Positions 38,310-51,037 of a stretch of DNA of 64,000 nucleotides are shown piece by piece. Both the position numbers and the translations under genes were made by a program. This DNA is from Octopus bimaculoides (taxonomy: Eukaryota). The notes below the pieces were generated by a model. The model was given only the letters and a program-made list of their open reading frames with translations, was not told the origin of the DNA and did not search any database. The stretch is taken from positions 15,687,797-15,751,796 of the forward strand of contig NC_069005.1 of the NCBI RefSeq assembly GCF_001194135.2, in the 5' to 3' direction. The stretch's first letter is position 1; each line of letters starts with the position of its first letter.

Positions 38310-39179
38310 TATACATACATACATACACACACACATATACATATACATACACATAGAATGTAGGTATTTATAGTTTGTTGTGTCACTCCTGTTCGTCCTC
38401 ATTTTACCCTTTCTGTCTGTCATTTCTTTTGCCCTTGCATTTTCGGGTTTTTTTGTTTTTTTGTTTTTTGGTCTCCTCTTAACGACCCACCACTTGTGTC
38501 AAATGTCGAACCCTAAAGTGTCTCTTGAACTCCTTCTCGATTAAGTTACGGATACTCCTTCCTCGTCGTGTGACACAGCCATGTTTTAAACGTGCGTGCA
38601 TGCGTGCGCGTTTGTGTGGTGTGTGACGCACAACATGTGTGAGATTGAACGAGAGAAAATGACACATACACGAACCCACAACAGACAACTGATAGTAACA
38701 GCACGGTGACCACCACGACAATAACGAAAATGAAAGTAGCAATCAAATGCTTTTAAATAATTGTGTCTTCCCGTCCGTCCGTCCATTCCATCCATCCATT
38801 TATCTATCTCTAACTAGGTGCTAATATATCTGCAATCCTGTCAATCAATAGTAACTTTCTATATCTATGCTTATCTTAGCATTTACTTTGTGTGTGTTTA
38901 TGTGTGCGTGTGTCACTCTGCCCAAGTATATTTCTATTAAGATGCTGTCTATCTATCTCTTTCTCATGCACACACATACATCTAAACAAAAACACATATC
39001 TACATACCCACACACACAAGTTTGCATTACAGAGGCACATACACACACTTCTCTGTGCATGCACACACGCACATCACTATAGTGTATATCACAAAAGATG
39101 AATGAATGTTCATCATTCCAATCAGAGACAGTATGTATACTTTGCAGGCACACAGTACCACATTTATATGTGTTTATGT

Positions 39180-39209
<30 letters not shown>

Positions 39210-39213
<4 letters not shown>

Positions 39214-39400
39214 TAGGTTGTCCCATAGGATGCCCCTTTTTAGGGGTTTCAGTCGAGCATACTATAGGAGTCACAGGGCACTGCTCCATGTGGTCCCGCA
39301 GTTTCCATCTAACTAGGAATATTAGGGTCTCATCCATTGTCTTGTATTCAAGATCCTCTGCATGACATCCTACTAGTTCAAAGCCAGGAATCTGATCTGT
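39210..39400 (-). pseudogene. Possible LINE (RTE-like) C-terminal remnant
   Basis: RWKLRDHM..TPKKGHPMGQPR resembles the RWxWxGHV..P.G.R..GRP motif; weak. Confidence 0.3.
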
Positions 39401-39795
39401 TAGTTTTGCCAATAACTAAAGCCACGCTCTGCTGCCGACGCTTTGGTTTATTGTTGTTAAGGTTTTGTCTGTCTCCTACCATTTGACCTGTCTGACCTGG
39501 TAAAACCTGCCTGAAGATTTCTCTCCCTCCAGCATAGCTCTCTGGGTCAATGGAGCACCCAGGCACTTCACCACAACAAGGTACTTGTTGAATTGACTGT
39601 TGACTACACAGTAGTTCTTCCGCCCTTTGACGGGTCTTATTTTCCGTCCCGCAGGATGTCCAATAATTATCCTCCTCACCAAGCAAGCTTGATGGGGTTG
39701 CCAGTTTAGTCGCTGACAACCCGACCATGTGACAGGTTGTACTGGGTTACATGTTACCAGTAGTGCTCAAGAATATATATATTTATTTATTCCAG

Positions 39796-39917
39796 GAAGT
39801 TAAAAGTTATGGCAAGTCATAGAGTAGAGTGACTATTGGTTTCAAACCTATAAAGTGTTTGGCAGAATAGGTGCGAAAGCAATGGTCACTCTATGACTGG
39901 CCATAACATTTAACTTC
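39796..39917. mobile_element. Small palindromic MITE
   Basis: ~40-bp inverted arms GAAGTTAAA(A/T)GTTATGGC(A/C)AGTCATAGAGT..GACTATTG. Confidence 0.65.
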
Positions 39918-40039
39918 GTAAAATAATAGATTACTCCTCCAATGCTTTACAGTCTGATTATTTTTTGGATATAAGAACTGCTGACGAGATCATATATATA
40001 TATATATATATATATATGATCTTACCAGTAGCATGATCT

Positions 40040-40345
40040 TCAAATGTTGGGCCTCACGGAGGCAACAAGCCATTGAGACCTTTGGTGATATGCTGTGATT
40101 GAGGAGATTTGTCAACCCAAGTGAAATCACAGACATGACCGTTGCCATGTAAATGGCTCCAGTGCCAGTGACACGTAAAAAGCACCCATTACACCCTTGG
40201 AGCAGTTGGTGTTAAGAAAGGCATCCAGCCATAGAAACCAAGCCAAAATCAGACTGGAACCTGGTGCAGCTCTCCGGCTTAACAGTTCCAGTCAAACCGT
40301 CTAACTAATGCCAGCATGGAAAGTAGACGTTAAATGATGATGATG
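40040..40345 (+). mobile_element. SINE family D
   Basis: Forward copy. Confidence 0.78.
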
Positions 40346-41764
40346 GTGTTTTAATCTAAAATGCAGGTGAACACCAATTTTTCTGTGATTAGCTTGAAAA
40401 ATTGTTGAGATATTTCTTAACATGAAACTAATGATAGACTTAATACACAAATAAAGAATCTTTATCCACCAATGCGGTATTGAGCACTCATTTTCATTGT
40501 TCGATATTAACACACACACATATGCATGGCTAAATTGTTCAAAGGTTTGTTTCCCAACCATATAATTTTGGGTTTGGTTCCACTGAATGGCCCTCAATAT
40601 GGGTCTTCTACAAGAGTCCCAGCCCAACCAAAGCCTCAGGAGTGAATTAGATTAATGGAAACTGAAAGAAACCTATCTGATGTGTGTGTGTGTTAGCGTC
40701 TATTACAACAAGTTGCTGTATCTTTGTCTAGATATCATACAAGCACAGAATGGTGTCAAGTGTTTCTAATCAGCTATGAAAACATGTCATACAATGGGGA
40801 AGTACTACCTTGCTTGGAAGCAGGTGAAGTTGGTAATAAGAAGGCTACTGCTGCAGCAATATATCTTATCATGTCCAAATACACTTGAATGTGTTAAACA
40901 TAATGTTACATGACTACATTTTATTCAGTACAGCTTCATGTGACATTACTATTTAATTCCAGCTTGATCAAGTGGTATGTACACAGCAAACTTTCTGTTT
41001 GCTTTCTCCATATAATTCTATATTTACTGGGCTGTGAGTGACTGAATTAGTCTTTGTAGCTGACAAAGCAGAATGATACAGAAACACGTGTCCTACAATC
41101 TAATGATATCAGCCACAACCCAAAATAAAATGTATATTTGCACAAGTCTTGGTGGAGAATTTCCTGTTGGGACTATTCCTGCAGTCGTAGGTCTTGTCAT
41201 GTCTAAATGCACGAAAACGTATTAAAGATGACTTTATACAAATATAAATGTGCGTGTGTGTGCATGTGCATATATATACACACACACATATATATATATA
41301 TACACACATACATATGTACACACACATGTATTACATATAGACAACAATACAATACAGACAAGCAAGAGATGAGTTGAAGAAAACACTGGAACAATTGAAT
41401 ATACAAAAATCGATTTTATAAATACAAATATTTGTTCATCAACCCTGATTAAAATTTGTCAAAATTTATATTTCTTTTACAGAGAATGATGTCATAAATT
41501 CAAAGTTTATTTGGTTGATTCTTGAGAGGGAACAAGCTTACAGTAACTTCAAATCAAAAATACAGTGTGATTATTGTTGGAATTAAAAATTAGGAATGTA
41601 TTTGGAGGAGGACGAGGGGATAGGGGGAGGTATCATCATCGTCATTTCAATATCCACTTTTCCATGCTTGCATGGGCTGGACAGAATTTGTTGAGGCAGA
41701 TTTCCTATGGCTGGAAACCTTTCTTGTTGCCAACCTTACCTTTTTCAAGGCAACATAGTATTTC

Positions 41765-42080
41765 CCGTACACAGAACATAAAATGGACAGCTTTGTCAGG
41801 CAGCAAGCCAACAAATACGCTGGCAGACAAGAACTGCTTTTTGCACAGGTAAAAAGACAAAAACCGGCTTGGTACCATTCTTCAGGGCACAGTTGAAGGA
41901 GGGTAAAAGACAGGCAGAGAAAATCCTGGTTTTACAACATCAAAGACTGGACAGGTCACAACACAAAGAACCTGCTACACATGACAGAGAACAGAGACCA
42001 GTGACAATAGATGACTATGAAGGTGTCTACAGTGGCACCCCAACAACTGGCTGCATCACTTAAGGGATCTTGATGATGAG
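41765..42080 (+). pseudogene. RTE-clade LINE ORF C-terminus and 3' end
   Basis: FVRQQANKYAGRQELL..VKRQKPAW..TILQGTVEGG..RKSWFYNIKDWTG..TENRDQ, ending in a TGA-repeat tail. Confidence 0.8.
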
Positions 42081-42229
42081 TATTTCCCCATGATCAGGCA
42101 TGCATTCACAGGAGGCTGGAAAAGAAGGACACTACTAACATGACAGTGAAACTCGTTTACAACTACCACACAATGTCAAGACAAAGAGAAGGTAACAAAT
42201 GCATGTTACACACACACACACACACTTTT

Positions 42230-42610
42230 ATTCTTTTAATTGTTTCAGTGATTAGACTGCAGCTGGAGAATTTTTAGTCAAATGAATAGACCCCAGCACT
42301 TCTTTTTTTTCTTTAAGCCTGGTACTTATTCTATCAGTCTCAATTACCGAACTGTTAAGTTACAGGGTCATAAACACCAGTTCTCAAAAAGTGGTGAGGG
42401 ACAAACAGAGACACAAACACATACACATATGATGGGCTTCTTTCAGTTTCCTTCAGTTTCTCCAATGATGCTGAACCCAGAACTATTTGACTAGGAAGCA
42501 TGCTTCATACCACAGAGTCATGTCTGTGCCTATGATGAGTTTATTTCAGTTTCTGCCCACCAAATTCACTCACAAGGCCTGGGTCAGTCCAGGGCTAAAG
42601 AAGACACTTG
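42230..42610 (-). mobile_element. SINE family C
   Basis: Reverse-complement copy. Confidence 0.75.
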
Positions 42611-42790
42611 CAGAGAGGACAAAAAAAAAAGACACTTCTCTCATGAGTTGTAACTGACACAGTGTCAACAATGGAAATCCAATCAATCCAGCTTTCTTGG
42701 TTTGGTCAGAAGGTCAGCTGCCAACACTATGTCCAGCACATCAATCAACATCCAGTCCTACTTTATCAACCCAATGTTATCACAACATTA

Positions 42791-43669
42791 CAAGGTGGAA
42801 TCAAAATGTTCCTGGACTAGTTATGTTTAATAAAAAATAACTTATTTACCTAAGTTTTAACATCATCACCTTCGAAATAGTCACCTTGCATAGCAATACA
42901 CCAATCCCAGCATTCCTGCCACTTCTGGAATCTGTCCTGGAAGTCGTTTTCTGTAAGCGAGTCAAGGACCTTCTACAATTTGCTCTGGATCTGGACAACA
43001 GTGTTAAAATGGCGACTTTTGAGCTGCATTTTCAACTTGGTGAAGAGATGGCAGCCCACAAGTGCTAAATCTGGCAAATAGGGCAGGTGCCGAAATGATA
43101 CCATGTTGCTTTTGGCAAGAAACTCATGAGTGAGGAGAGCTCAGTAACATTGTCATCGTGAAGAATCCAATTCTTTGTATTCCACACAGATCCAGTCACT
43201 TTCACTGAATGTCCTTCTACAAATGCTTCAAAATGTTGCAGTAGAACTCTTGATTGATAGTCTGGCCCTGGAGGATGAGTTCTCAATGCACAATACCACA
43301 GATATTGAAAACAATTATGAGCATGCCCTTGACTGAACAGCAGATCTGTCATGCACCTGTGTCACTCAAAACATTGCCTCATCACTGTAAGCTTACCAAA
43401 GAATGCTCAATGTCTTTGTAGCAGACTTCTTGAGTTTAACACAAAATTTAATGTTGGCTCTTTGTTCCTATCCATGACAAAATCGCAGACTACAGCATAT
43501 ACGTGATCACAAAAACACAACTTTCACAGCCTCTGAAGTAAACACAGTGATGTCACTCAGCACACTGCTTCATGAACGTCACTGCTAACTTTCACTGCGC
43601 ACACAACTGTGTGCTGCCATCTGTTTGTATGCTACAGAACTAATCCAGGAACTTTTTAATTCTAACTCA
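42791..43669 (-). mobile_element. Mariner transposon, internally deleted, decayed
   Basis: TIRs ..GAAT(C/T)AAAA(T/A)GTTCCTGGA(C/T)TAGTT with TA flanks. Minus frames give GQTINQEFYCNILKHL, WILHDDN, and ENDFQDRFQKWQECWDWCI..QGDYFEG. Confidence 0.85.
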
Positions 43670-43684
43670 TATATTACACTAGGC

Positions 43685-44121
43685 CAATGGTTCTCAAACA
43701 TGGGTCCTTTTGTTTTGGGGGTCCACACAAGTAAAATTTTAAATTGGGACCAACAGTAGTGTATATAGGGCCCATGAAACAATTTTGTATTTATTGCAAG
43801 AAACAACTAAGTTTCTTTCTCTGATGTTTTACATAGTTCATAGCAAGTGAATGTGTGAAAACCAAAATAGGAATTTTGAAACTATTTTTTAAACATTGAA
43901 TAGCTATGGGGGGGGGGGTCACCAGATTAAAACAGTAACCAAAACGGTCTGTAGATTAAAAAAATGGACGAGGACCATGTTTTACAAAGTTCAACCTACA
44001 TAAGTTAATGAGTGTAAAACAAAATAGGTGTTTTGAAAGAAGTGTCTGTAAGACTAGTTTTTAAACCAGAATAAAATAGCAATCAAAGGGGTCCATATGG
44101 GAAAATGGTTGAGAACCACTG
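43685..44121. mobile_element. hAT-Charlie-type MITE, composite or longer variant
   Basis: CAATGGTTCTCAAAC ... GTTGAGAACCACTG termini; partial similarity to 18371-18618. Confidence 0.6.
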
Positions 44122-44214
44122 AACTAGATAATCCAGTATATATATATCTATCATGGGAAAACTGGGGCTTGCAGAACTTTCTGAATACATGCCTAATTTT
44201 TTATCTTTTTTTTT

Positions 44215-44540
44215 TATTTGTTGTAGTCATTAAACAGTTATCATGCTGGAGCACCACCTCAAGAAATTTTAGTCAAATGAATCAACCCCCAGCACTTATT
44301 TTTAAGCCTTGTACTTATTCTCTTGGTGACTTTTGCCAAACCATTAAATTACAGGGATGTAAACATACCAACACCGGTTGTTAAACACATACAAAGACAC
44401 ACATGACGGGCTTTTTCCAGTTTCCCTCTAGCAAATCCAGTCACAAGACTTTGGTCAGCCCATGCTGTTGTCACACAGTGGAACTGAACCCAAAACCATG
44501 TGGTCACAAAGTGAGCTTCTTCACCACACAGACATGCTTG
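44215..44540 (-). mobile_element. SINE family C
   Basis: Reverse-complement copy. Confidence 0.78.
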
Positions 44541-44733
44541 TGTTGAAGAAGCTGTGGAATATGCAGCCACTCATATGCTAATACAAAGATCAAGTAGATT
44601 CAGCTGATTAAAGAACTGAATCCTTATAATCAATATCAATGTAGACCCATTTCGTTAGTTCAGTCCACAACTCTTCACACCACACTCCAGACAATCCTGT
44701 ATGACATCCTTCTACATCAATCCCAGCAGAAGT

Positions 44734-45066
44734 TCCCCTTCGGTCATGAATGACCATGGGATTGCACCTACAAAGTTACCCTCTGAGGCACAAGTTTGGA
44801 CAAGGTTGTTTATGGAGGAACAGCAGTCGCCCGTGCATACCAGCCTCCCCTCTCCATGCCACTGATGTTACCCAAGGGAAAGGCAAAGGCTGATACAGCT
44901 TGGCGCCAGTGACGTCGCAACTCATTTCTACAGCTGAGTGAACTGGAGCAACATGAAGTAAAATGTCTTACTCAATGATGTAACACACAGCCCAATCTGG
45001 GAATCAAACTCACTACCATATGATCGTGGGCTTCATGTGCTAATCACCGAGCCATATGCTTTCACC
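44734..45066 (-). mobile_element. SINE family A
   Basis: Reverse-complement full copy. Confidence 0.85.
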
Positions 45067-45249
45067 ATCAATCCCAGTAGGGATGGTTAAATGAGGTTGA
45101 CTGAGACTGTACAGAACCAAAATCAGGAAAACCTGCAATTATCTAAGACTCCCTGCAGGCATGGCTGAACATGTATTCCTACAACTGGAAAATTCTTCTC
45201 CATGGTACAGGCCAAGAACAAGATGTTTTGTTAAAGAAACCCAGGTGTA

Positions 45250-46020
45250 TAAGAGTGTGTGTGTGTGTGTTTTGTATGCTTGTGAATATGTGCATGTATG
45301 TGTAGGTGGCTGAGTGCATGTGTGTGTGTGAGTTATGTGCATATATATGTGTGTATATGTGCACTTATGCATGTGTGCATATATGGGTGGGTGAATGCAT
45401 TTGTGTATGTATGAGTGAGTGAGTGCATTTGTGTGTGTGTATGTATGGGTGAGTGAGTGCACCTGTGTGTGTATGAGTGAGTGCATTTGTGTGAGTGTGC
45501 ATACACAAACAAGTATGTATACACAAAAATACTCAAGTACGTATTTACACAAGCATACACATGTATGCCTACAGAAACACACACACAAATATGCTATACA
45601 TGAGTGCACATGTGTGTGTGTGTGTATGTAAATATATATATATATATATATATAAACACACACACACATGCACAAGTATGTATATACACAAACACACAGA
45701 AGTGTGTATACACACAAGCATACATGTTTGTATGTATGTGTGTGTATGTATATATATATATATATATATATATACACGCACACACAGGTATGTATATACA
45801 CAAACACTCACAACTATGTATACATACAAACATATACAAATATGCATATACACAAATGCATAGACATATACACACACAAACACATGCAAATATGCTATAC
45901 ATAAATGGACACATATATGTACGTATGTATGTATACACACACACACACACACACAAGTACACATATCCACAAACAGACACATGCATGTATATACATAATC
46001 ACACACATGTACACAATCTC
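45250..46020. repeat. Degenerate (TG)/(CA)/(TA) microsatellite field
   Basis: Directly visible. Confidence 0.93.
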
Positions 46021-46325
46021 AAAAATTGATGAGGGGTGGGGTGAGATGATGGAGGGTTAGACTATGACAAAAATATATCAAATAAAATTATGAAATGAAA
46101 TTGCTTGCTTTTTCAAATCAATCAATATGTAAGAATTGATTTTTTTAAAAAACTTCTTCCAGAAATTCTTGCCTCATGTCTTTGGGTAGAAGACAGAATT
46201 AAAAATTAACGCATCATTATTGGCCTGTCCCTAATTGTCTCTACTTAAGACAATAAATAACAAAATAAAATATATGCAAATGAAATTTATTATGAGATGA
46301 AATCAATACATGTTCAATTAAATAG

Positions 46326-46369
<44 letters not shown>

Positions 46370-46380
46370 NNNNNNNNNNN

Positions 46381-46449
<69 letters not shown>

Positions 46450-46939
46450 ATATGTGTGTATGCATGTATGTGTGCATGTGTGTGTGTGCATTTCGCACAA
46501 ATATGCAAACACTTTATATGCCTACATGTAGACAGCATGAATTTGCTTTTTCCAAAAAGACTTTGCACAGGAATATAAGTTTTTGTGTTTGTTTGCATGA
46601 GAAAGGGAGGGGAGGAGGTGAACGGGAAAGAGAAGGAGGAAGAGGAGTGAGTGAGAAGATGAGGAGAAGGAAGAGGAGGAGGTGAAGAGAAGGACGAGGA
46701 GGGAAAGAGGTAGGGAAGAGGGAGATGGGGAGAAGAGGAAGAGAAAGGTTATGACACTTTTTGTGGGTCTTGTCAGATGAGTGATACTGGAGCTCATGGG
46801 AGTCAATCTGAATGTTATGTGAAAGTCAACAGGAACATTGTGGGCATAGAGTGAACCACTGAAATGATCCAAATGGTTTACTAGCAACAGAGTGAAATCT
46901 GCTAAAGAAGAGCCAAGCCAAAAGACCAAGGTGTAGAAA

Positions 46940-47301
46940 TAAACAGGGCGGGTAAATTTGATGCATCACTTAGGTGTATGCATGTGCTTAAGTCCAGAGT
47001 AGCATTAAGGAAGTTAACCTATGTATAATCATTTTCTATTGAGATAGGGAGACCAAGATGTTTAAAGAATTTGAAAAGATGTTTTTAGGAACTTTCTAAG
47101 TCAACCTTAGTAGATATTATATATAGTGAATAGTGCATCATCTCTATATCCACCCCCTAACTCAGTAAATTCCCTATGTATACAATTAAGAATACAAATA
47201 CCCACTAAATTGGTTACTTGAGCTGAGTCACTGGTCCCCATAGTAATGTTGAAATAATTAGGTGTATCAGGTTCTAGCCCAGTACTTTCCATTGGATTCA
47301 A
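46940..47301 (-). pseudogene. Penelope-like element reverse transcriptase fragment (inverted relative to its endonuclease)
   Basis: YFNITMGTSDSAQVTNLVGICILN...GYRDDALF, then after a frameshift FFKHLGLPISIE..VNFLNATLDL. Matches the PLE RT motifs FDVTMGSxDGAEVCELVG, YRDDGL and VNFLDVTLDL. Confidence 0.85.
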
Positions 47302-47344
47302 TCATGGTTTTCCTAGCAGTTAGTATTATATCAACTTCACATTT

Positions 47345-48033
47345 TCTGATTTCTTCATAGCTGCACTAGATAAATATTTCCCACCTTCAAGTAAATATGG
47401 GAAATTATTTAATTGCTATAGAATACAATCTCCATATTCAATCAAAAGAAATTTAGCTGAGATTATAGCAGCACATAATGAATGGAAAATTAGGGAATAT
47501 CTCAACTCAAAAATCTGTAAACAAGAGTAAAATCGATAGTGGGAATTGTGAAATTAGCTCTAATGATAATTTCCCTGAATTAGCTTCTTTAAGTAAAAGT
47601 AATTCTGACTCTGATAATACAGTTAAAGCCTAGTTTTAAAATCATTAATAATAATAATAATCCTGCCTTAACACCTAATTTTGAGAGGAGGACTAGTAGG
47701 AATTCTTTTAACCATGAGTGCCAAATACAAGTGAATTCCTTTAGAAAATCAGTGTTTAAAGAAAAATATAATGTATCAATGTAAGATAATAACAAAGGAT
47801 CATAAGTATTATTACACAGGTTCATCTGCTACAATTTGGAAATCTAGATTTCATAATCATTCTCATTCATTTAAGTATAGAAGAAACAGTAATTCTACAA
47901 ATCTTAGTAAGTGCATTTGGGATTTAAATGAGAGGAACATTACATATGATTTAAAGTGGTCCATTATTAGTTATGCACCATTGTAGAATATCGGCAATTT
48001 TAAATGTGATCTTTGCCTTGAAGAAATGTATTA
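47345..48033 (+). pseudogene. Penelope-like linker plus GIY-YIG endonuclease fragment
   Basis: ALDKYFPPSSKYGKLFNCYRIQSPYS..IIAAHN; PLENQCLKKNIMYQCKI..YYTGSSATIWKSRFHNHSHSF..TNLSKCIWDL..WSII; CDLCLEEMYY. Contains stops and frameshifts. Confidence 0.88.
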
Positions 48034-49540
48034 CACTGAACGGCAAAAGAAAACACGATTTTTTTCAAATGTCACTTTTATATGGTAAATTCTGAAAATT
48101 TATTTTGGGGATGTAAGTGTAAATATTCCAAGACATGCTGGTTTATGGCTGAGACCCAAATTGCAGGTAACTTTTTGACTTTCCCTGTAACAAGATAACA
48201 AAACATAGCTGCACTGAATGCCGTGGGTTGCAGTCGCAAACAACTGTCATGAAAACTGAAATGCACGTGCAACTCGTGGCGGTTATGGGTATAAAAATCA
48301 ATTTGAACCACATTTCTAGCATTTGTAATTTGGACACATCAGGTATGACCCGATTGTCAGCAGTGCAGAGAAAACAAATAGGACAGCATGCCCTGGTCAT
48401 TGTGAAAGCTTACAATGTCCATTTATCACCTGCAACAGTGATACAACACCACCAACAGTACTGCAGATTGTGCCTGCAGAGGGTGTCCCTGAGTGACCAT
48501 GCCCAGGCAGGACTGCTTCATTCATCTGCAACTCCTCCATGATTGCTTCAGACTAGCCAGTGTGACAGCTTGCGAGACCATTGGTACTGGACAGCGATCC
48601 ATCAGTGACTACATGGTATGACATCAACTGGCTGCCAACAACCTGCATTGTCGTCCATCCTGCTCGAGGGCCTGTCCTTATTGCTCACCACCGTCAGGCA
48701 CAACTACAGTGGGCTACACTGCACCGACATTGATGGCATCAACAATGGCAGTTGACAGTCTTTTCTGACGAGAGCTGGTACTACGTTTCCACCTCAGATG
48801 GCAGAGTGAGGGTGTGGTGAAGGAGGGTGAATGCTACAGAGACACGTGTCATGGAGAGAGATGTGTGGAGTGGCCAAAGCATCATGGTTTGGGATGCTAC
48901 AGGCCTGAATCAGAGAACTGGGCCCCATGTGTTCCAAAATGTTGGTGCAGGCAGAGGGAATGGCATCACAGCACAGCGCTATGTTGACCAGATCCTAAGA
49001 CCTCACATTGTCCCCTTCTTTGCGCATCACCATAGCCACATGTTCCAACAGGACAATGCTCCCTCCAACACGGCCAGAGTCACCATGGACTTCCTGTATC
49101 AGCACAACATCAGAACCATGCCATGGTTGGCTCTCAGCTTGGATTTGAACCCAATTGAACACCTGTGGGAGGAAATCTAGAGATGGCTGAACCAGGTGGT
49201 CCCAAGGTCAAGAACTCATGTGGAACTGGAGGCAGCTTTCCTCAGGGTATGGGCACAGGTGCCAATGGCTTTTGCAAACTGCCTCATGTACTCCAAGTAC
49301 TGATGGTATATGGCTGTTTTGAATACCCAGGGAGGGCATACATGGTATTGGACATGTCACGCCCTACAATCTTGATGTGCTGGATCCACCCACTACCAGA
49401 ACACATGACAAGAACCCATAGACTGTGGTGAAAATGCATCCAAGAAATTGACTCTCAGATTTATCAAAATTTATTTCTGACATATTGAAATTAAAACATA
49501 TTTCAGTCATACACGTCTTGTGTTTCTTTTGAGTTCAGTG
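48034..49540 (+). mobile_element. Tc1-family DNA transposon, full length, decayed
   Basis: TIRs CACTGAACGGCAAAAGAAAACAC and rc CACTGAACTCAAAAGAAACAC. TA TSDs at 48032-33 and 49541-42. 1507 bp. Confidence 0.92.
48345..49351 (+). pseudogene. Tc1 DD34E transposase pseudogene
   Basis: MTRLSAVQRK start; FSDES; FQQDNAP-(34 aa)-SLDLNPIEHLW; GGHT end. Multiple stops and frameshifts. Confidence 0.9.
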
Positions 49541-50050
49541 TATATAATTATTTCTAAATAAATATTACTAAATTTTAATGCTATTTCATAAACTTCAGAA
49601 GGTATTTAAATATTTCAGTTCTTAATTATAATTGCTTTTCATATATTATATAATAATAAGCATAATTTTTCTAAAACAGTTTACTATATTAAACAAATAT
49701 TTAACTAATTGTCAAGATGTAGAATCTTTTTGTTTCTAATTGTCGTAATGTAGAATTCATATATTTGGTTTTTATTCTTTTGTTATCTACTGATGTTACA
49801 TAGAGCTGAACACAAAAAGGTTTTCTTAGATTACATTCTTCTTAATGTTCTTTTTGTACATGTTCATGTTCAATTTGAATTTAACTACTTTTGTATCACC
49901 TTGAAAATGTTGTGTCAACGTGTATTTTCAGATACATTAATATGAATGATATTTTCTGTATCTAAATATGTTGATGCAACAGAAACAATTGTTGGTTTTG
50001 TAAGGTGAATTCTATAATTAAAGATGTGATTTTCTTTATCCATATTTTTG
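49541..50050 (+). mobile_element. Continuation and AT-rich 3' region of the Penelope-like element after the Tc1 insertion
   Basis: Frame resumes as YIIISK*ILLN after the Tc1 TSD; ends with the hammerhead-like hairpin. Confidence 0.55.
49895..50000 (+). ncRNA. Highly degenerate hammerhead-like motif in the Penelope 3' region
   Basis: 16-bp stem TGTTGTGTCAACGTGT/ATATGTTGATGCAACA (mismatches are G-U), followed by GAAA and palindromic ACAATTGT. Upstream core eroded to TTGAAAA. Confidence 0.35.
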
Positions 50051-50051
50051 T

Positions 50052-50090
<39 letters not shown>

Positions 50091-50114
50091 TTTATGTCTT
50101 GCAGACTGCCTTGT

Positions 50115-50325
50115 CGATGAATAACAGGGACCTTCTCTTTGTAGTTGACTATTTCAACGGTGATGTTGGACAACATCCATGAGCTTACATGTGGCAACAG
50201 ATTTGATTCCTGCAATGAGGAAGGAACCAGGTTACTGGAGTTCTGTGATGAAAATGATCTTATGATCTGTAATACTAACTTCAGGAAATCTGCCAGTCAC
50301 CTGTTCTCCTACCAGTCTAGTGGGA
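50115..50325 (+). pseudogene. RTE-clade LINE apurinic endonuclease fragment
   Basis: DYFNGDVGQH..RFDSCNEEGTRLLEFCDENDLMICNTNFRKSASHLFSYQS, a typical RTE APE C-terminal motif set. Confidence 0.85.
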
Positions 50326-50332
50326 CAGAGAA

Positions 50333-50371
<39 letters not shown>

Positions 50372-50431
50372 CACACAAAAATGGAAACAGAAATTAAAAT
50401 TTTTTTAACAAAGTAATGAAAGTAAACCTAC

Positions 50432-50536
50432 TTCATCTAATTTTTTAATTTCTTCATTTTTCATTGACAGTTTCTGCAAAGTCTGTTTATGTTCAGCATC
50501 AAGGATTCTCAACTGCTCATCAGATTTCTGAAGATC
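50432..50536 (-). CDS. Next exon of the same coiled-coil gene (DLQKSDEQLRILDAEHKQTLQKLSMKNEEIKKLDE)
   Basis: Acceptor tattttttatttcag|GAT, donor GAA|gtaggt. 105 nt, phase 0-0, joins in frame to 52634-52756. Confidence 0.88.
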
Positions 50537-50998
50537 CTGAAATAAAAAATATACATACATATATATATCATTTTATACATATATATTTATAAATAGGTAA
50601 GTCAAAACATACTGATTCATACATGCAATGATATATATATATATATTATATGCATGCAAATACATGCAACAATGTTATATTTTCAGGATGGAGAATGGTT
50701 CTTTCATTACTGGTGAGGCATAACTGAAAGTATATGTGTATATATATAGAGAATATAAGGATGAAAATCACGTTAATGATATTTTTCAGGTAGTCAGTAT
50801 GCTATAACAATTTATAGGCAATTTATATGTTAAATTGATAATAATGTACATATGTAAATAATTATATCAAGGGATCTAGGGCAAAAACGACCTATCTCCA
50901 GCATGCTTGAAATGCCAATACCTTAAAAAAAACTACCGAAAACTCCAGATAAATATACACATGTCTGAAAGTGGGCTAGTGAAAGAATNNNNNNNNNN

Positions 50999-51037
<39 letters not shown>

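Noticed and set aside
39490-39730. RTE-5'UTR-like segment with hairpins, considered as an HDV-like ribozyme
   Set aside because: Could not fit the nested double pseudoknot (P1/P1.1/P2/P3/P4) by eye; needs an RNArobo or Infernal search.
41140-41550. Three short plus-strand exon-like stretches (LGGEFPVGTIPAVVG; QARDELKKTLEQL; NDVINSKFIWLILE)
   Set aside because: Splice phases and sites are not coherent, the middle one ends in a stop, and no recognisable domain is present.
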